Below are positions 1 to 9,191 of a stretch of DNA of 64,000 bases, piece after piece. Every line of letters begins with the position of its first letter. Within the stretch, counting starts at the first letter, position 1. The notes under the pieces are model-generated. The model saw only the letters and a program-made list of their open reading frames with translations, did not search any database and was not told the DNA's origin. The stretch spans positions 1,312,001-1,376,000 of the forward strand of contig OY776562.1 in the NCBI GenBank assembly GCA_963675785.1, in the 5' to 3' direction. The stretch comes from Anaerolineae bacterium (GTDB lineage: Bacteria; Chloroflexota; Anaerolineae; UBA1429). The translations under genes were made by a program, and so were the position numbers.

Positions 1-4
1 CCCC

Positions 5-82
5 ATGAAATATGCCCTGTCTCGTCACCCCTACTTTGTCCGTTGGGTCAAAAATCCCAACCCATCCACAATGAGCGTATAG
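5..82 (+). pseudogene. Truncated N-terminal remnant of an oligogalacturonate-lyase-like beta-propeller paralog
   Basis: Translates MKYALSRHPYFVRWVKNPNPSTMSV*; LSxHPYFVRW matches the N-terminus of the 6735..7865 protein (LSEHPYFVRW). At the window edge. Confidence 0.5.
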
Positions 83-85
83 CAC

Positions 86-832
86 GTGCGAAAGACACCC
101 CTCATCCCCCTGCCCGGGGGCACCTTGCTCATGGGCACACCCGCGGTCGCCCTCGACGGCCTGATGCGCACCTATGGCATCGGCCACCGCGAGATTCTGC
201 TGCCAGAGACGCCCCAACATCGTGTAGAGATTGCCCCCTTTAGCTTACAGGCTTACCCGGTCACCAACAGCCAGTACGCTACCTTTGTAACCGCCAACCC
301 CACCTGGGCGCCGGGGAACATAGCCCCCGAGCTGCACAATGGCCTCTATCTGGTACACTGGACGGATGGCGTTTGCCCGCCGCAGCTGGCCGATCACCCC
401 GTCACCCACGTGAGCTGGTTCGCGGCCCGGGCCTATGCCGCCTGGTTGGGGCTGCGTTTGCCCACCGAAGCCGAATGGGAATACGCCGCCCGCACCAACC
501 GCCCACAAGCCGAGTTCCCCTGGGGCAATGAACCGCCCAGCAAAGCCCGCGCCAATTACGCGAATCAGGTGGGCGGCACCACGCCGATAGGCAGTTACCC
601 AGCCACCCCCTGGGGCCTTTACGATCTGGCCGGCAACGTTTGGGAATACTGCCAGGATCTCTGGTTCGAGCACCATGACCGCTCTAACGGTGCTAGCGAC
701 CTCGCACGCCGCGCCATTCGCGGCGGAAGCTGGCAGGGCCAGCCCGTCAATCTGCGCCTCACCTACCGAGACAGCCATCCGGCCCTGGGCGCCAGCCCCG
801 TAGTGGGTTTTCGCTGCGCCGCAGACCTGTAG
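86..832 (+). CDS. Formylglycine-generating-enzyme (SUMF1/EgtB/PvdO) family domain protein
   Basis: Motifs YPVTNSQY, HPVTHVSW, RLPTEAEWEYAAR, GLYDLAGNVWEY, RGGSW, GFRCA; lacks the Cys pair after RGGS found in true FGE. Confidence 0.9.
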   Translation: MRKTPLIPLPGGTLLMGTPAVALDGLMRTYGIGHREILLPETPQHRVEIAPFSLQAYPVTNSQYATFVTANPTWAPGNIAPELHNGLYLVHWTDGVCPPQLADHPVTHVSWFAARAYAAWLGLRLPTEAEWEYAARTNRPQAEFPWGNEPPSKARANYANQVGGTTPIGSYPATPWGLYDLAGNVWEYCQDLWFEHHDRSNGASDLARRAIRGGSWQGQPVNLRLTYRDSHPALGASPVVGFRCAADL

Positions 833-849
833 CAAATCCCCTTGTCATG

Positions 850-927
850 GTATTTAGACAATCATCTAAATAGATTTGACAGCCCTTGCCTTTTCCATAG
901 AATCTATTTAGATGGTTGTCTAAATAC
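850..927 (+). promoter_or_regulatory. Sigma70 promoter flanked by two ArsR/SdpR-type operators
   Basis: TTGACA 876-881 and TAGAAT 898-903; palindromes TATTTAGA-N6-TCTAAATA at 851-872 and 905-926; 850-876 and 901-927 are 26/27 inverted repeats. Confidence 0.85.
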
Positions 928-943
928 TGGATCGGAGGTGTGA

Positions 944-1228
944 ATGGCTTTTCCAGAGACGTTTCGGGCGCTCTCGGACCCGGTGCGGCGCAAGATTCTG
1001 GTGTTACTCAAGGATGGCAGGCTCTCGGCCGGCGAGATCGGCGAGCACTTTGACCTGACCGGCGCCACCATCTCTTACCACCTGGCTCAGCTCAAAAAGG
1101 CCGATCTGGTGTTTGAGACCCACTATAAGAATTATGTCTACTATGAGATCAACATGTCCGTATTCGAAGAGGTGATGCTCTGGTTTTCCCAGTTCAATGC
1201 CGAGGATAAAGATGAAGAGAAACAATAA
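944..1228 (+). CDS. sdpR: ArsR/SmtB-family autorepressor, SdpR-like
   Basis: FRALSDPVRRKIL...SAGEIGEHF...ATISYHLAQLK wHTH; RBS GGAGGT; directly upstream of an SdpI-like gene. Confidence 0.85.
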   Translation: MAFPETFRALSDPVRRKILVLLKDGRLSAGEIGEHFDLTGATISYHLAQLKKADLVFETHYKNYVYYEINMSVFEEVMLWFSQFNAEDKDEEKQ

Positions 1229-1862
1229 AATGGTGCTCCTCAGTACCCTGATTTGCCTGCTGCCCATGCTCCTGTCTTGGGCCCTTTATGACCAGCTACC
1301 GGATCAAGTCGCCATCCATTTCGATGCTGCTGGCAACGCAGATAACTATTTGCCCAAGGCCTGGGCTGCTTTTGGGCTGCCTATGCTCATGGCGCTTATC
1401 AATCTCTATACCTATTTCAGGCTGATCAACGACCCAAAAGTGGAGAACGCCTCGTCCCAACTCAGACAGATCACAAAGTGGCTCGTACCTGTTCTTTCCA
1501 TCATCATTATTCCCGTCATGTTGTTCATGGCCATGGGCGTAAGCGTGCCCATCTCTTTGTTGGGTTCAGCAGTAGCCGGCGTGGTCATTGTCTTGACCGG
1601 CAACTATTTGCCCAAGTGCAGGCGCAACTATACCGTGGGCATCAAGCTCCCCTGGACCTTGGACAGTGAGGAGAATTGGAACAAGACCCACCGCTTTGCT
1701 GGTTATATCTGGGTCATCGGCGGCTTGGTCATCATCGTAAGTTCCTTTTTCTCAGCATGGTACGTTCTGCTGGCCGTCATCGCCTTACTCGTCGTGTGCC
1801 CCATCGTCTACTCGTATGCCTTTTATAAAAACAGCACCCACAGCGACCTCGAAACATCCTGA
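1212..1862 (+). CDS. sdpI: SdpI-family membrane immunity protein (DUF1648 + SdpI)
   Basis: LPDQVAIHFD..G.AD; GNYLPKCRRNYTVGIKLPWTLDSEENWNKTHRFAG; start chosen at ATG 1212. Confidence 0.85.
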   Translation: MKRNNKMVLLSTLICLLPMLLSWALYDQLPDQVAIHFDAAGNADNYLPKAWAAFGLPMLMALINLYTYFRLINDPKVENASSQLRQITKWLVPVLSIIIIPVMLFMAMGVSVPISLLGSAVAGVVIVLTGNYLPKCRRNYTVGIKLPWTLDSEENWNKTHRFAGYIWVIGGLVIIVSSFFSAWYVLLAVIALLVVCPIVYSYAFYKNSTHSDLETS

Positions 1863-1879
1863 GCCAACGTTCAAAATAG

Positions 1880-1905
1880 AGGGAGACGGTTTCGTCTCCC
1901 TTTTT
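1880..1905 (+). terminator. Intrinsic terminator
   Basis: AGGGAGACG-gttt-CGTCTCCCT followed by a T run. Confidence 0.75.
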
Positions 1906-1988
1906 CAATATCTCCCAACCTCGCTGCTCACCCCACGTGCTGTGTTATACTGGGCTCAGGTATCCCATCACAGTGAGAGGAGCATGTC

Positions 1989-2831
1989 GTGCTCACCGAA
2001 CAGTTCCAAATCATCTTGCAGAACGCCATCCAACTGCTGCCCCGCATCGTCGCCGCCGTGGTGGTTTTTGTGCTGGGAGTGGTGTTGGCCAATGCCGCTG
2101 CCTCAGCCATCAAACGAACCGCAAGTAAGCGCATCGAGCACCCCGAGACGGTCAACGTCCTAAGTCGGCTGGTTCGCTGGGCCATCATCGCCCTGGCCGC
2201 CGTCATCGCCCTCGATCAGGTCAATTTTGACGTCACCGCCTTTCTCACTGGTTTGGGGATAGCGGGCGTTACCATCGGCTTTGCCCTGCAAGATATCGCC
2301 CAAAACTTTGTGGCGGGCATCATCCTGCTTCTGCGCCGACCGTTCTGCATCGGCCAGGCTGTGAATATCGCCGGATTCTCGGGTTCCGTCCTCGATGTCC
2401 AGGTGCGCGATACCACCATCCGCACCTGGGATGGCGAGGTGGTAGTGCTGCCCAATAAACAAGTGCTCAGCGAGCCCATCACCAATTATTCACAGAGCGA
2501 CAACCGCCGCCGCACCATCATCGTGGGCCTCAGCTATGAGCAAGACCTCGACCAAATCAAGGAAACCCTACTGCAAACCGTGTCCTCGGTAGAGGGTGTG
2601 CTGCAGGATCCCGCGCCCATGCTGCATGGTGAAGAGTTGGGCGATTACACCGTCAACGTGGCCATTCGCTTTTGGCTCAACCAGCGCACCCACAGCCTGC
2701 TCGATGTCCACTCGGACGTGGTGTTTGCCATTCAAAAGGTCGCCCGCGAGCGCGGCATCGATCTGCCCTATCCCATTCAGGTGGTGCACCTGCCCGATAT
2801 GACCTCGGCCTCCAAGCCAGCCACCGAATAA
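1989..2831 (+). CDS. mscS: Small-conductance mechanosensitive channel
   Basis: GLGIAGVTIGFALQDIAQNFVAG, RPF.IG, TTIRTWDG..V.LPN, IDLPYP. Confidence 0.92.
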   Translation: MLTEQFQIILQNAIQLLPRIVAAVVVFVLGVVLANAAASAIKRTASKRIEHPETVNVLSRLVRWAIIALAAVIALDQVNFDVTAFLTGLGIAGVTIGFALQDIAQNFVAGIILLLRRPFCIGQAVNIAGFSGSVLDVQVRDTTIRTWDGEVVVLPNKQVLSEPITNYSQSDNRRRTIIVGLSYEQDLDQIKETLLQTVSSVEGVLQDPAPMLHGEELGDYTVNVAIRFWLNQRTHSLLDVHSDVVFAIQKVARERGIDLPYPIQVVHLPDMTSASKPATE

Positions 2832-2880
2832 CAAAAAGGGGGAGACGCGAATGCATCTCCCCTTCTCTTTCCTCGCTCGC

Positions 2881-5151
2881 TTAGTCCAAGTTCAGCATGA
2901 CCTCGGTGGTACCAGCGGGCACCGCAACCCTGCTTCCGCCCACCGCCGTCACCGCCCAGGGGTAATCGGCCCTGTCCACCTTCACGTGGATGACCTGGCC
3001 GCTACGCAGCGCCGTCACCGTCTGGCTGGCCTGGCCCAGGTTGTCATAGGCCGTAAAGCTGACGCTGGCGCCGTCCGCCAACGCATAGAGGTGATAGTCG
3101 ATACCGTCGAGGTAGTTGTAATCGGCGTTATCGTCATGGCTGCCGTAGGGAATAATGCTATTGGGCCGGGCCAGCACCGGCAGTTCGAAATAGGTGCAAA
3201 CGTGCTCTTGCCAGCCGCCGCTGTAGGCCACCTCATCCAGAATGTTGATCCAGGTGCCTTGGGGTAGATAATAGCTGGCCAAGCTCTGGTCGTTAAAGAT
3301 AGGCGCCACCAACAGGCTGCCGCCCAGCATGTACTGACGATCCAGATAGCGGCAAGCGGGATCATCCTGGTATTCCAGCAGCATGGGTCGCAGCAGGGGC
3401 ACGCCCGTCTTGTGGGCCTCCACCGCACCCGCGAACAGGTAGGGCATCAGCCGGCATTTCAATTGGGTGAACTGGCGCAACACCTCGCTGGCCTCTTCAC
3501 CAAAAGCCCAGGGCACACGCTGGGTGCTGCTGCCGTGCAAGCGGCTGTGGGTCGAGAGCAGGCCAAAGGCCACCCAACGTTTGAACAGATCGGGCGTAGC
3601 CGTAGCCTCAAACCCGCCAATATCGTGGCTCCAAAAGGCAAACCCCGAGAGCGCCAACGACAGCCCACCACGCAGGTCCTCGGCCATCGATTCATAGGTA
3701 GCCGTACAATCGCCACCCCAGTGAATGGGAAAGCGCTGGCTGCCGGTGGTGGCACTGCGGGCAAACAGCACCGCCTGGCCCTCGCCTTTGTAGGTTTCCA
3801 GCAGCTCGAACACCACCTTGTTATAGAGGTAGGTGTAATAGTTGTGCATCATGGCGGGGTCCGAGCCATCGCACCAGACGATGCCCTTGACCGGGATGCG
3901 CTCGCCGAAATCGGTCTTGAAACAGTCCACGCCCATGTCCAGCAGGGCCCGCAATTTATCCTGATACCAGCGGCAGGCCGCCGGGTTGGTGAAATCCACC
4001 AGGCCCATGCCCGCCTGCCACAAATCCCACTGCCACACGTCGCCATTGGTGCGTTTGACCAGATAGCCGTTGGCCGCGCCCTCGTCGAACAGCGGCGAGA
4101 GTTGAGCAATATAAGGGTTAATCCAGACGCAATTCTTGAGCCCTTTGTCGTGGTTGCGCGCCAACATACCCACAGGATCGGGGAAAGTGCGCCCATCGAA
4201 CTCGAAATCACACCATTGGAACTCGCGCATCCAAAAGCAATCATAGTGGAACACCTGCAGGGGAATATCTCGCGCCTTCATGCCGTCGATCATGGCGCTG
4301 GTGGTGGTCTCGTCATAATTGGTGGTGAACGAGGTCGAGAGCCACAGGCCAAACGACCAGGCCGGGGGCAACGCGGGCTTGCCCGAGAGCGTGGTATAGC
4401 GGCTGAGCACATCCTTGAGTGCCGGGCCATCGATGATGTAATACTCTAGCTCTTCGTCGGGCACCGAGAATTGCACCTTGGAGACCACCTCCGAGCCCAC
4501 TTCAAAGCTCACATAGCCGCTGTGACCCACCAACACGCCATAGCCCCGGTCAGAAAGATAAAAGGGAATATTCTTGTAGGCCTGCGCCGTGCAGGTGCCG
4601 CCATCCTCCTGCCAAATGTCCACCACCTGACCGTTCTTCACATAGGGGGTAAAACGCTCTCCCATGCCGTACACATTCTCGCCCACGGCCAAATCCAGCA
4701 TCTCGCGCAGATAGTGGCCGCCGCCCTCTTGCTCGATATAGGCCAGGCTGCCATCGCGAGCGGAGGTCAGCAGTTTGTCACCGTGGTAAAAGCGAATGCC
4801 CCAGCCACCGGTCTTGTCCACTTTGGCTCGCAGCGCTCCGCTACGCAGCACAGCGTGAGTCTCGTCCTCACTAACGGTCACCTGTGGTGCTTCATCCTCC
4901 AACGCGAACATCGGCCTCTTGGCGGCGCTGCCCTTGTGATGCACGGCCTTGACGCAAATGACGCCCTCTAACGGCGAAGAGAGTTCCACCGTCAGCACCG
5001 GCAGATTGAGGGTATCGCCGCGATGCTGTATCACCTTGGTCGGGGCGATGACCGTCAACGTATCATCTGTCAGTCGCACATCGTAAGCTTGTGCTGCCTT
5101 GTGAAGGGTAAATCCTTCGGCCACTCGCCACATGCCGTTCAGAAACTTCAT
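2881..5151 (-). CDS. yicI: Alpha-xylosidase, GH31
   Basis: MKF.NG.W start, WSFGLWLSTSF, CFKTDFGERIP nucleophile motif, FWSHDIGGFE. Confidence 0.93.
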   Translation of the reverse strand: MKFLNGMWRVAEGFTLHKAAQAYDVRLTDDTLTVIAPTKVIQHRGDTLNLPVLTVELSSPLEGVICVKAVHHKGSAAKRPMFALEDEAPQVTVSEDETHAVLRSGALRAKVDKTGGWGIRFYHGDKLLTSARDGSLAYIEQEGGGHYLREMLDLAVGENVYGMGERFTPYVKNGQVVDIWQEDGGTCTAQAYKNIPFYLSDRGYGVLVGHSGYVSFEVGSEVVSKVQFSVPDEELEYYIIDGPALKDVLSRYTTLSGKPALPPAWSFGLWLSTSFTTNYDETTTSAMIDGMKARDIPLQVFHYDCFWMREFQWCDFEFDGRTFPDPVGMLARNHDKGLKNCVWINPYIAQLSPLFDEGAANGYLVKRTNGDVWQWDLWQAGMGLVDFTNPAACRWYQDKLRALLDMGVDCFKTDFGERIPVKGIVWCDGSDPAMMHNYYTYLYNKVVFELLETYKGEGQAVLFARSATTGSQRFPIHWGGDCTATYESMAEDLRGGLSLALSGFAFWSHDIGGFEATATPDLFKRWVAFGLLSTHSRLHGSSTQRVPWAFGEEASEVLRQFTQLKCRLMPYLFAGAVEAHKTGVPLLRPMLLEYQDDPACRYLDRQYMLGGSLLVAPIFNDQSLASYYLPQGTWINILDEVAYSGGWQEHVCTYFELPVLARPNSIIPYGSHDDNADYNYLDGIDYHLYALADGASVSFTAYDNLGQASQTVTALRSGQVIHVKVDRADYPWAVTAVGGSRVAVPAGTTEVMLNLD

Positions 5152-5340
5152 CGTGCTCGCTCCATCTTCGCTTGCCAGGTGCTATACGGATCAAGTGTAT
5201 AATCAGGTGAGGCCATCATACGCCAGAGCTGATTTGCAGCAAAGAGCGTCAAAAGCACAAGCACACCCCCTGCCACACTTGACCGAATGGGGCATTGCGC
5301 TTACCTTGTCACTCCATCGAATACACACACTGAGGAATGT

Positions 5341-6657
5341 ATGACAAACTCTCGCCTGTCGCGGCCTGAACGTCTGCCAACCAGCTACGCGCGTAACTAT
5401 ATCGCTATGGCCTCCGACGGCATTTTTTTCGAGATCGGCGCCGCACTGATCAGCATGACCACAGTCATTCCTGCCTTTGTCGATGCCCTGGGCGGCTCAG
5501 CTTCGCTGGTGGGCTTGATCAGCGGCCTCTCCAACGGCGCTTGGTTGCTGCCTCAGCTCCTTGTGGCCAATCTTGTGGCCCGTTACGACCGGCGCAAGCC
5601 CCTCATCATGTGGGCCGCCTGGCTCAGCCGCCCGTTGTTCTTTGTCTTTGCAGCACTAGTCATGCTGCTGGCCGAGAGCCATGCGCAGCTCTTGCTGGGG
5701 CTGTTGGTAGCCACCATCTGTGTGTTCTATATCTGCGATTCGTATGTCTCGCTGCCCTGGATGGATCTCCTCAGTGTCGCCATCCCCGAACGGCGTCGCG
5801 GCCGTCTGCTCGGTACCTATCAGGTGTTAGGGGGGCTTGGCGGCGTCATTATGGGCACGGTCGTGAATCGCATCCTCGCTGCGGACAGCCGCTGGGGCTT
5901 TCCAGAAAACTATGCCCTCATTTTTGGCCTGGCCTCGTTGGGCTTTGTGATTGCGGGCGCGGCTCTCTCTTTTGTGCGCGAGCCTGAAGGCTGCTATCCC
6001 AAAGCCAACACACCCAGCATTCTGGAAACACTGCGCCGCATCCCCGGGATCCTCAAAGAGGATCGCGCTTTTTTTCGCCTCATTCTGGTCAAGGTCATCG
6101 CCGGCTTTGTTTCCATGGCCAGCTCTTTCTATGTGCTCTATGCGGTGCGCCTGGGCGGCTTGAATATCGCCTCGACCGGCCTGCTCATGTCGGCTCAGGT
6201 CGCCGGCACTATCGCCGCTGGCCTGTTGATCTCGGTCGTACAGGATGCGCGCGGTCCGCTCTACCACATCCGGCTCGTCTGTATTCTGGCCATCGTGCCA
6301 CCCGCCGCCGCATTGGCCCTGTCCATGGCCTCTGGGCAATTTCAGGCACCCTTGTCGGTCTATATGGTCCTCTTTTTCGTGTTGGGACTGGCGATCAGTT
6401 CCTTCGGCTGGCCATTCTACAATTGGATCATCGAGCGTGCTTCCGCCGAGAATCGCCCTCTCTACATTGGCACCATCAATACCCTGTCAGCATTCACAAT
6501 GCTGGCTCCTATGGTTGGTGGCCTACTGGTGGATGCCATTTCCTATGAAGCCGTGTTCATCGCCGCCGGGTCTGCTGCCCTGCTCGCTTTGCTGCTTAGT
6601 CTGAGCTTGCCCACCACACGCCCCAAGCAGCCCACTGCCAATGAGGCGGCTGAGTAA
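5341..6657 (+). CDS. MFS transporter
   Basis: About 12 hydrophobic segments; RYDRRKP loop; IPERRRGRLLG. Confidence 0.85.
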   Translation: MTNSRLSRPERLPTSYARNYIAMASDGIFFEIGAALISMTTVIPAFVDALGGSASLVGLISGLSNGAWLLPQLLVANLVARYDRRKPLIMWAAWLSRPLFFVFAALVMLLAESHAQLLLGLLVATICVFYICDSYVSLPWMDLLSVAIPERRRGRLLGTYQVLGGLGGVIMGTVVNRILAADSRWGFPENYALIFGLASLGFVIAGAALSFVREPEGCYPKANTPSILETLRRIPGILKEDRAFFRLILVKVIAGFVSMASSFYVLYAVRLGGLNIASTGLLMSAQVAGTIAAGLLISVVQDARGPLYHIRLVCILAIVPPAAALALSMASGQFQAPLSVYMVLFFVLGLAISSFGWPFYNWIIERASAENRPLYIGTINTLSAFTMLAPMVGGLLVDAISYEAVFIAAGSAALLALLLSLSLPTTRPKQPTANEAAE

Positions 6658-6673
6658 TTCGTGCTCAACAAGC

Positions 6674-6708
6674 AAAAAGGGAGCCGATGACTCTATCGGC
6701 TCCCTTTT
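6674..6708. terminator. Bidirectional intrinsic terminator
   Basis: AAAAAGGGAGCCGAT-gactct-ATCGGCTCCCTTTT between convergent genes. Confidence 0.8.
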
Positions 6709-6734
6709 GTCATTCAGTTCACCCCAAAACGGCG

Positions 6735-7865
6735 CTACATACGCGCTAGCACATCCTCGACGCGAGTGAGCGCCACATCCACCTTGCCGAACACTGTGGT
6801 TGTATAGATGACATACTGCCCGTCCGCCGAGAATTGCGGATGGGGATCAATGTGGTAGGCATTGCGCGGATACGGCGGCTGCGGCAATCCACTGGCAATG
6901 GCGATCTCTTTGCCAATTGTGCGATCGTAGAACAGCACCTTGCAGGGCTGTTTGGCCCATTTGTAGGGGCTTTCATCGGCGCAATAATAGCGCCGCGTGG
7001 GATCGCAATGCGAGTGGCATAACGGCCCCTGCCATACTTTAACTGCCGTGCGATCCTCTACGGTGGCCTCGAACACCCCCTGCTCGTAATCCGTCCAACA
7101 CATGGTGCCGTCGTCAGCCCACCATTCGTGGCAAGCCTGAGTGCCATGCCCAAAGTAATCGCCGCCGCGCAGCGGTTCGAACAGGTTGCCATTGATGCTC
7201 ATCAACCATATGCGCAAGTCAAAGGGGAAACGCTCGCCACTAATGCCGTCGATCCACCAGTCCTGAGCGATGGAAAACAAGCCAGGGTTCACTGGTGAGA
7301 ATTGAGCGTGGTTATAGTTCCGCCCGAACTCTTTGAGCACCTCTACCTCGCCGGTCTGGGTATCACCCAAACCCACCCACCAATGGTTGCCAATTTTGCC
7401 ATCCAGCAGAAAATAGCGTCGGTCAGCAGAAAGGGTCAGGTGCGTGGCCAAATGCCCCAGCGTACGCCCATTGATCCAGGTCTCATCCAGGGTGCACACT
7501 ACTTGCGGCTCGCCCTCCAGAGGCTGAAAGAAAACCTTGTTCTTCATAGTCAGATAGCAGCCTGGCCCGCGGGGATCGCCCACTAGGGCCACCATAGGCG
7601 ACGCATCGTCGAACTGCGCCGCGGGATAGTGGCGGACGAACGGCGCTTGCGAATCCATGCTCAGCACACCCAGTGTCTTTTGCGGGCCGGGAGGAAAAGC
7701 GGCATAGAACCAGAGGTAGCGACTATCCGCGGAGAGGCTGCGGTTGGTAAAGTAGAACGACTGCTGGTGCGGCGCAACTCGCTCTGCGAGTATATAACTG
7801 GGGACACCGGTCTCGGGATCGGTCCAGCGAACAAAATAAGGATGTTCTGACAGATTATTCTCCAT
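6735..7865 (-). CDS. Oligogalacturonate-lyase-like (PL22/TolB-type) beta-propeller protein, paralog 1
   Basis: FYFTN.S.S.D, NHAQFSP, CHEWW, CHSHC, HIDPHPQFS.DG His-rich motifs; RBS GGAG before 7865. Confidence 0.7.
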   Translation of the reverse strand: MENNLSEHPYFVRWTDPETGVPSYILAERVAPHQQSFYFTNRSLSADSRYLWFYAAFPPGPQKTLGVLSMDSQAPFVRHYPAAQFDDASPMVALVGDPRGPGCYLTMKNKVFFQPLEGEPQVVCTLDETWINGRTLGHLATHLTLSADRRYFLLDGKIGNHWWVGLGDTQTGEVEVLKEFGRNYNHAQFSPVNPGLFSIAQDWWIDGISGERFPFDLRIWLMSINGNLFEPLRGGDYFGHGTQACHEWWADDGTMCWTDYEQGVFEATVEDRTAVKVWQGPLCHSHCDPTRRYYCADESPYKWAKQPCKVLFYDRTIGKEIAIASGLPQPPYPRNAYHIDPHPQFSADGQYVIYTTTVFGKVDVALTRVEDVLARM

Positions 7866-7885
7866 GCAACGCTCCAGTACCTGCA

Positions 7886-9007
7886 CTAACGAACGCGTTC
7901 GGCCAAATCGCTCACGCGGGCCACGGCCAAATCAAACGTACCGCGCACCGTTGTGGTATAAATCACCCACTCATCATCGGGCGAGAAATGCGGGTGTGGG
8001 TCAGTATGATACCAGCGCCGAGGCATGTAATGCGAGGGCAGGCCGCTGGCGATGGCTACTTCTTTGCCGGTCTCACGGTCATAAAAGAGCACCTGGCAAG
8101 GCTCTTCATCCCAACGGTAAGGCGTCTGATCAGCCACCCAGTAACGCCGCTGAGAGGTGCAATGCACGTGACATACCGGCCTGGGCCACACACAATTTGC
8201 CTCGCGGCCCTCCACCGTCCCCTCATAGGCGCCGCGCTCGTAATCGGCCCAGCACATCCAGCCGTCTTTGCTCCAGAACTCGTGGCACACGTTGCTGTTG
8301 TGGCCAAAGTAGTCCTGGCCGCGGAAGGGCTCAAATACACTGCCATCCGTGCGCATGAGCCAAATGCGTTGCTCAAAGGGGAACTGCTGACCTGAAGTCA
8401 TATCGCGCCAGTGATCCTCAGCGATAGAGAACAAGTCGGGATCATGATAGGAGAACTGGGCGTGGTTATAATGGCGGCCAAACTCTTTGAGAATCTCAAC
8501 CTTGCCCGTCCGAGTATCGCCCAGCCCCACCCACCAATGGTTACCAATTCGGCCGTTCAACAATAGGGTATGACCGTCTGTCGAAAGGGTGATGTGGGTA
8601 GCCATCAAGTCCTGGTAGCGTCCCGCAATCCAATCGGGATCCAGCGAACAAACCGGCGTGGGCTCGCAGCAATCCACCGGCTGCCAGTACACGGTACTGC
8701 GATTGGCAAAATAGCAGCCTTTACTGTTGGGGTCGATGAGCGGGGCCTCAGCGCGGAACCCAGCCCTCGGAAAGTGGCGAATCTCGGGATTGTCGGCGTC
8801 GGTAGAAACAACGCCCAAAGTGTGCTCTTCCGCTGGCGGAAATGCCGCATAGAACCAAAGCCATTTGCCATCCGCCGACATGGACGGGTTTACAAAGTAA
8901 AAACCCTGCTGCACCGCTGCCACGCGTTCGGTGAGAATATAGCTAATCACACCGCTCTCAGGGTCTGTCCATGGTTCAAAATACGGGTGCCTTTCGGGCT
9001 CGAACAT
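7886..9007 (-). CDS. Oligogalacturonate-lyase-like beta-propeller protein, paralog 2
   Basis: Same motifs (FYFVNPS, NHAQFS, CHEFW, HTDPHPHFSPD). Confidence 0.7.
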   Translation of the reverse strand: MFEPERHPYFEPWTDPESGVISYILTERVAAVQQGFYFVNPSMSADGKWLWFYAAFPPAEEHTLGVVSTDADNPEIRHFPRAGFRAEAPLIDPNSKGCYFANRSTVYWQPVDCCEPTPVCSLDPDWIAGRYQDLMATHITLSTDGHTLLLNGRIGNHWWVGLGDTRTGKVEILKEFGRHYNHAQFSYHDPDLFSIAEDHWRDMTSGQQFPFEQRIWLMRTDGSVFEPFRGQDYFGHNSNVCHEFWSKDGWMCWADYERGAYEGTVEGREANCVWPRPVCHVHCTSQRRYWVADQTPYRWDEEPCQVLFYDRETGKEVAIASGLPSHYMPRRWYHTDPHPHFSPDDEWVIYTTTVRGTFDLAVARVSDLAERVR

Positions 9008-9191
9008 GGTACAGCCTCCTATCCCAACCTCTGACGGGCCTAGAGTAGCACATTGACAAATTCAGAGCAAGCAAAAGAGAAGCTAGCAACTGCTTTATTG
9101 CACGGTTCTACTTGTAGAAAGGTCTCGTATTTTCCTTGCGCTTTCCTCCCTTTCGTGCTAAACCAATCCCACATCAGGGGGAGAGGTTATC

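Noticed and set aside
3412-4449. 345-aa plus-strand ORF, and similar long ORFs at 25828..26763, 50679..51545, 55827..56588, 60469..61230, 62332..63051
   Set aside because: These are antisense shadows of well-supported genes in GC-rich DNA and have no recognisable motifs.
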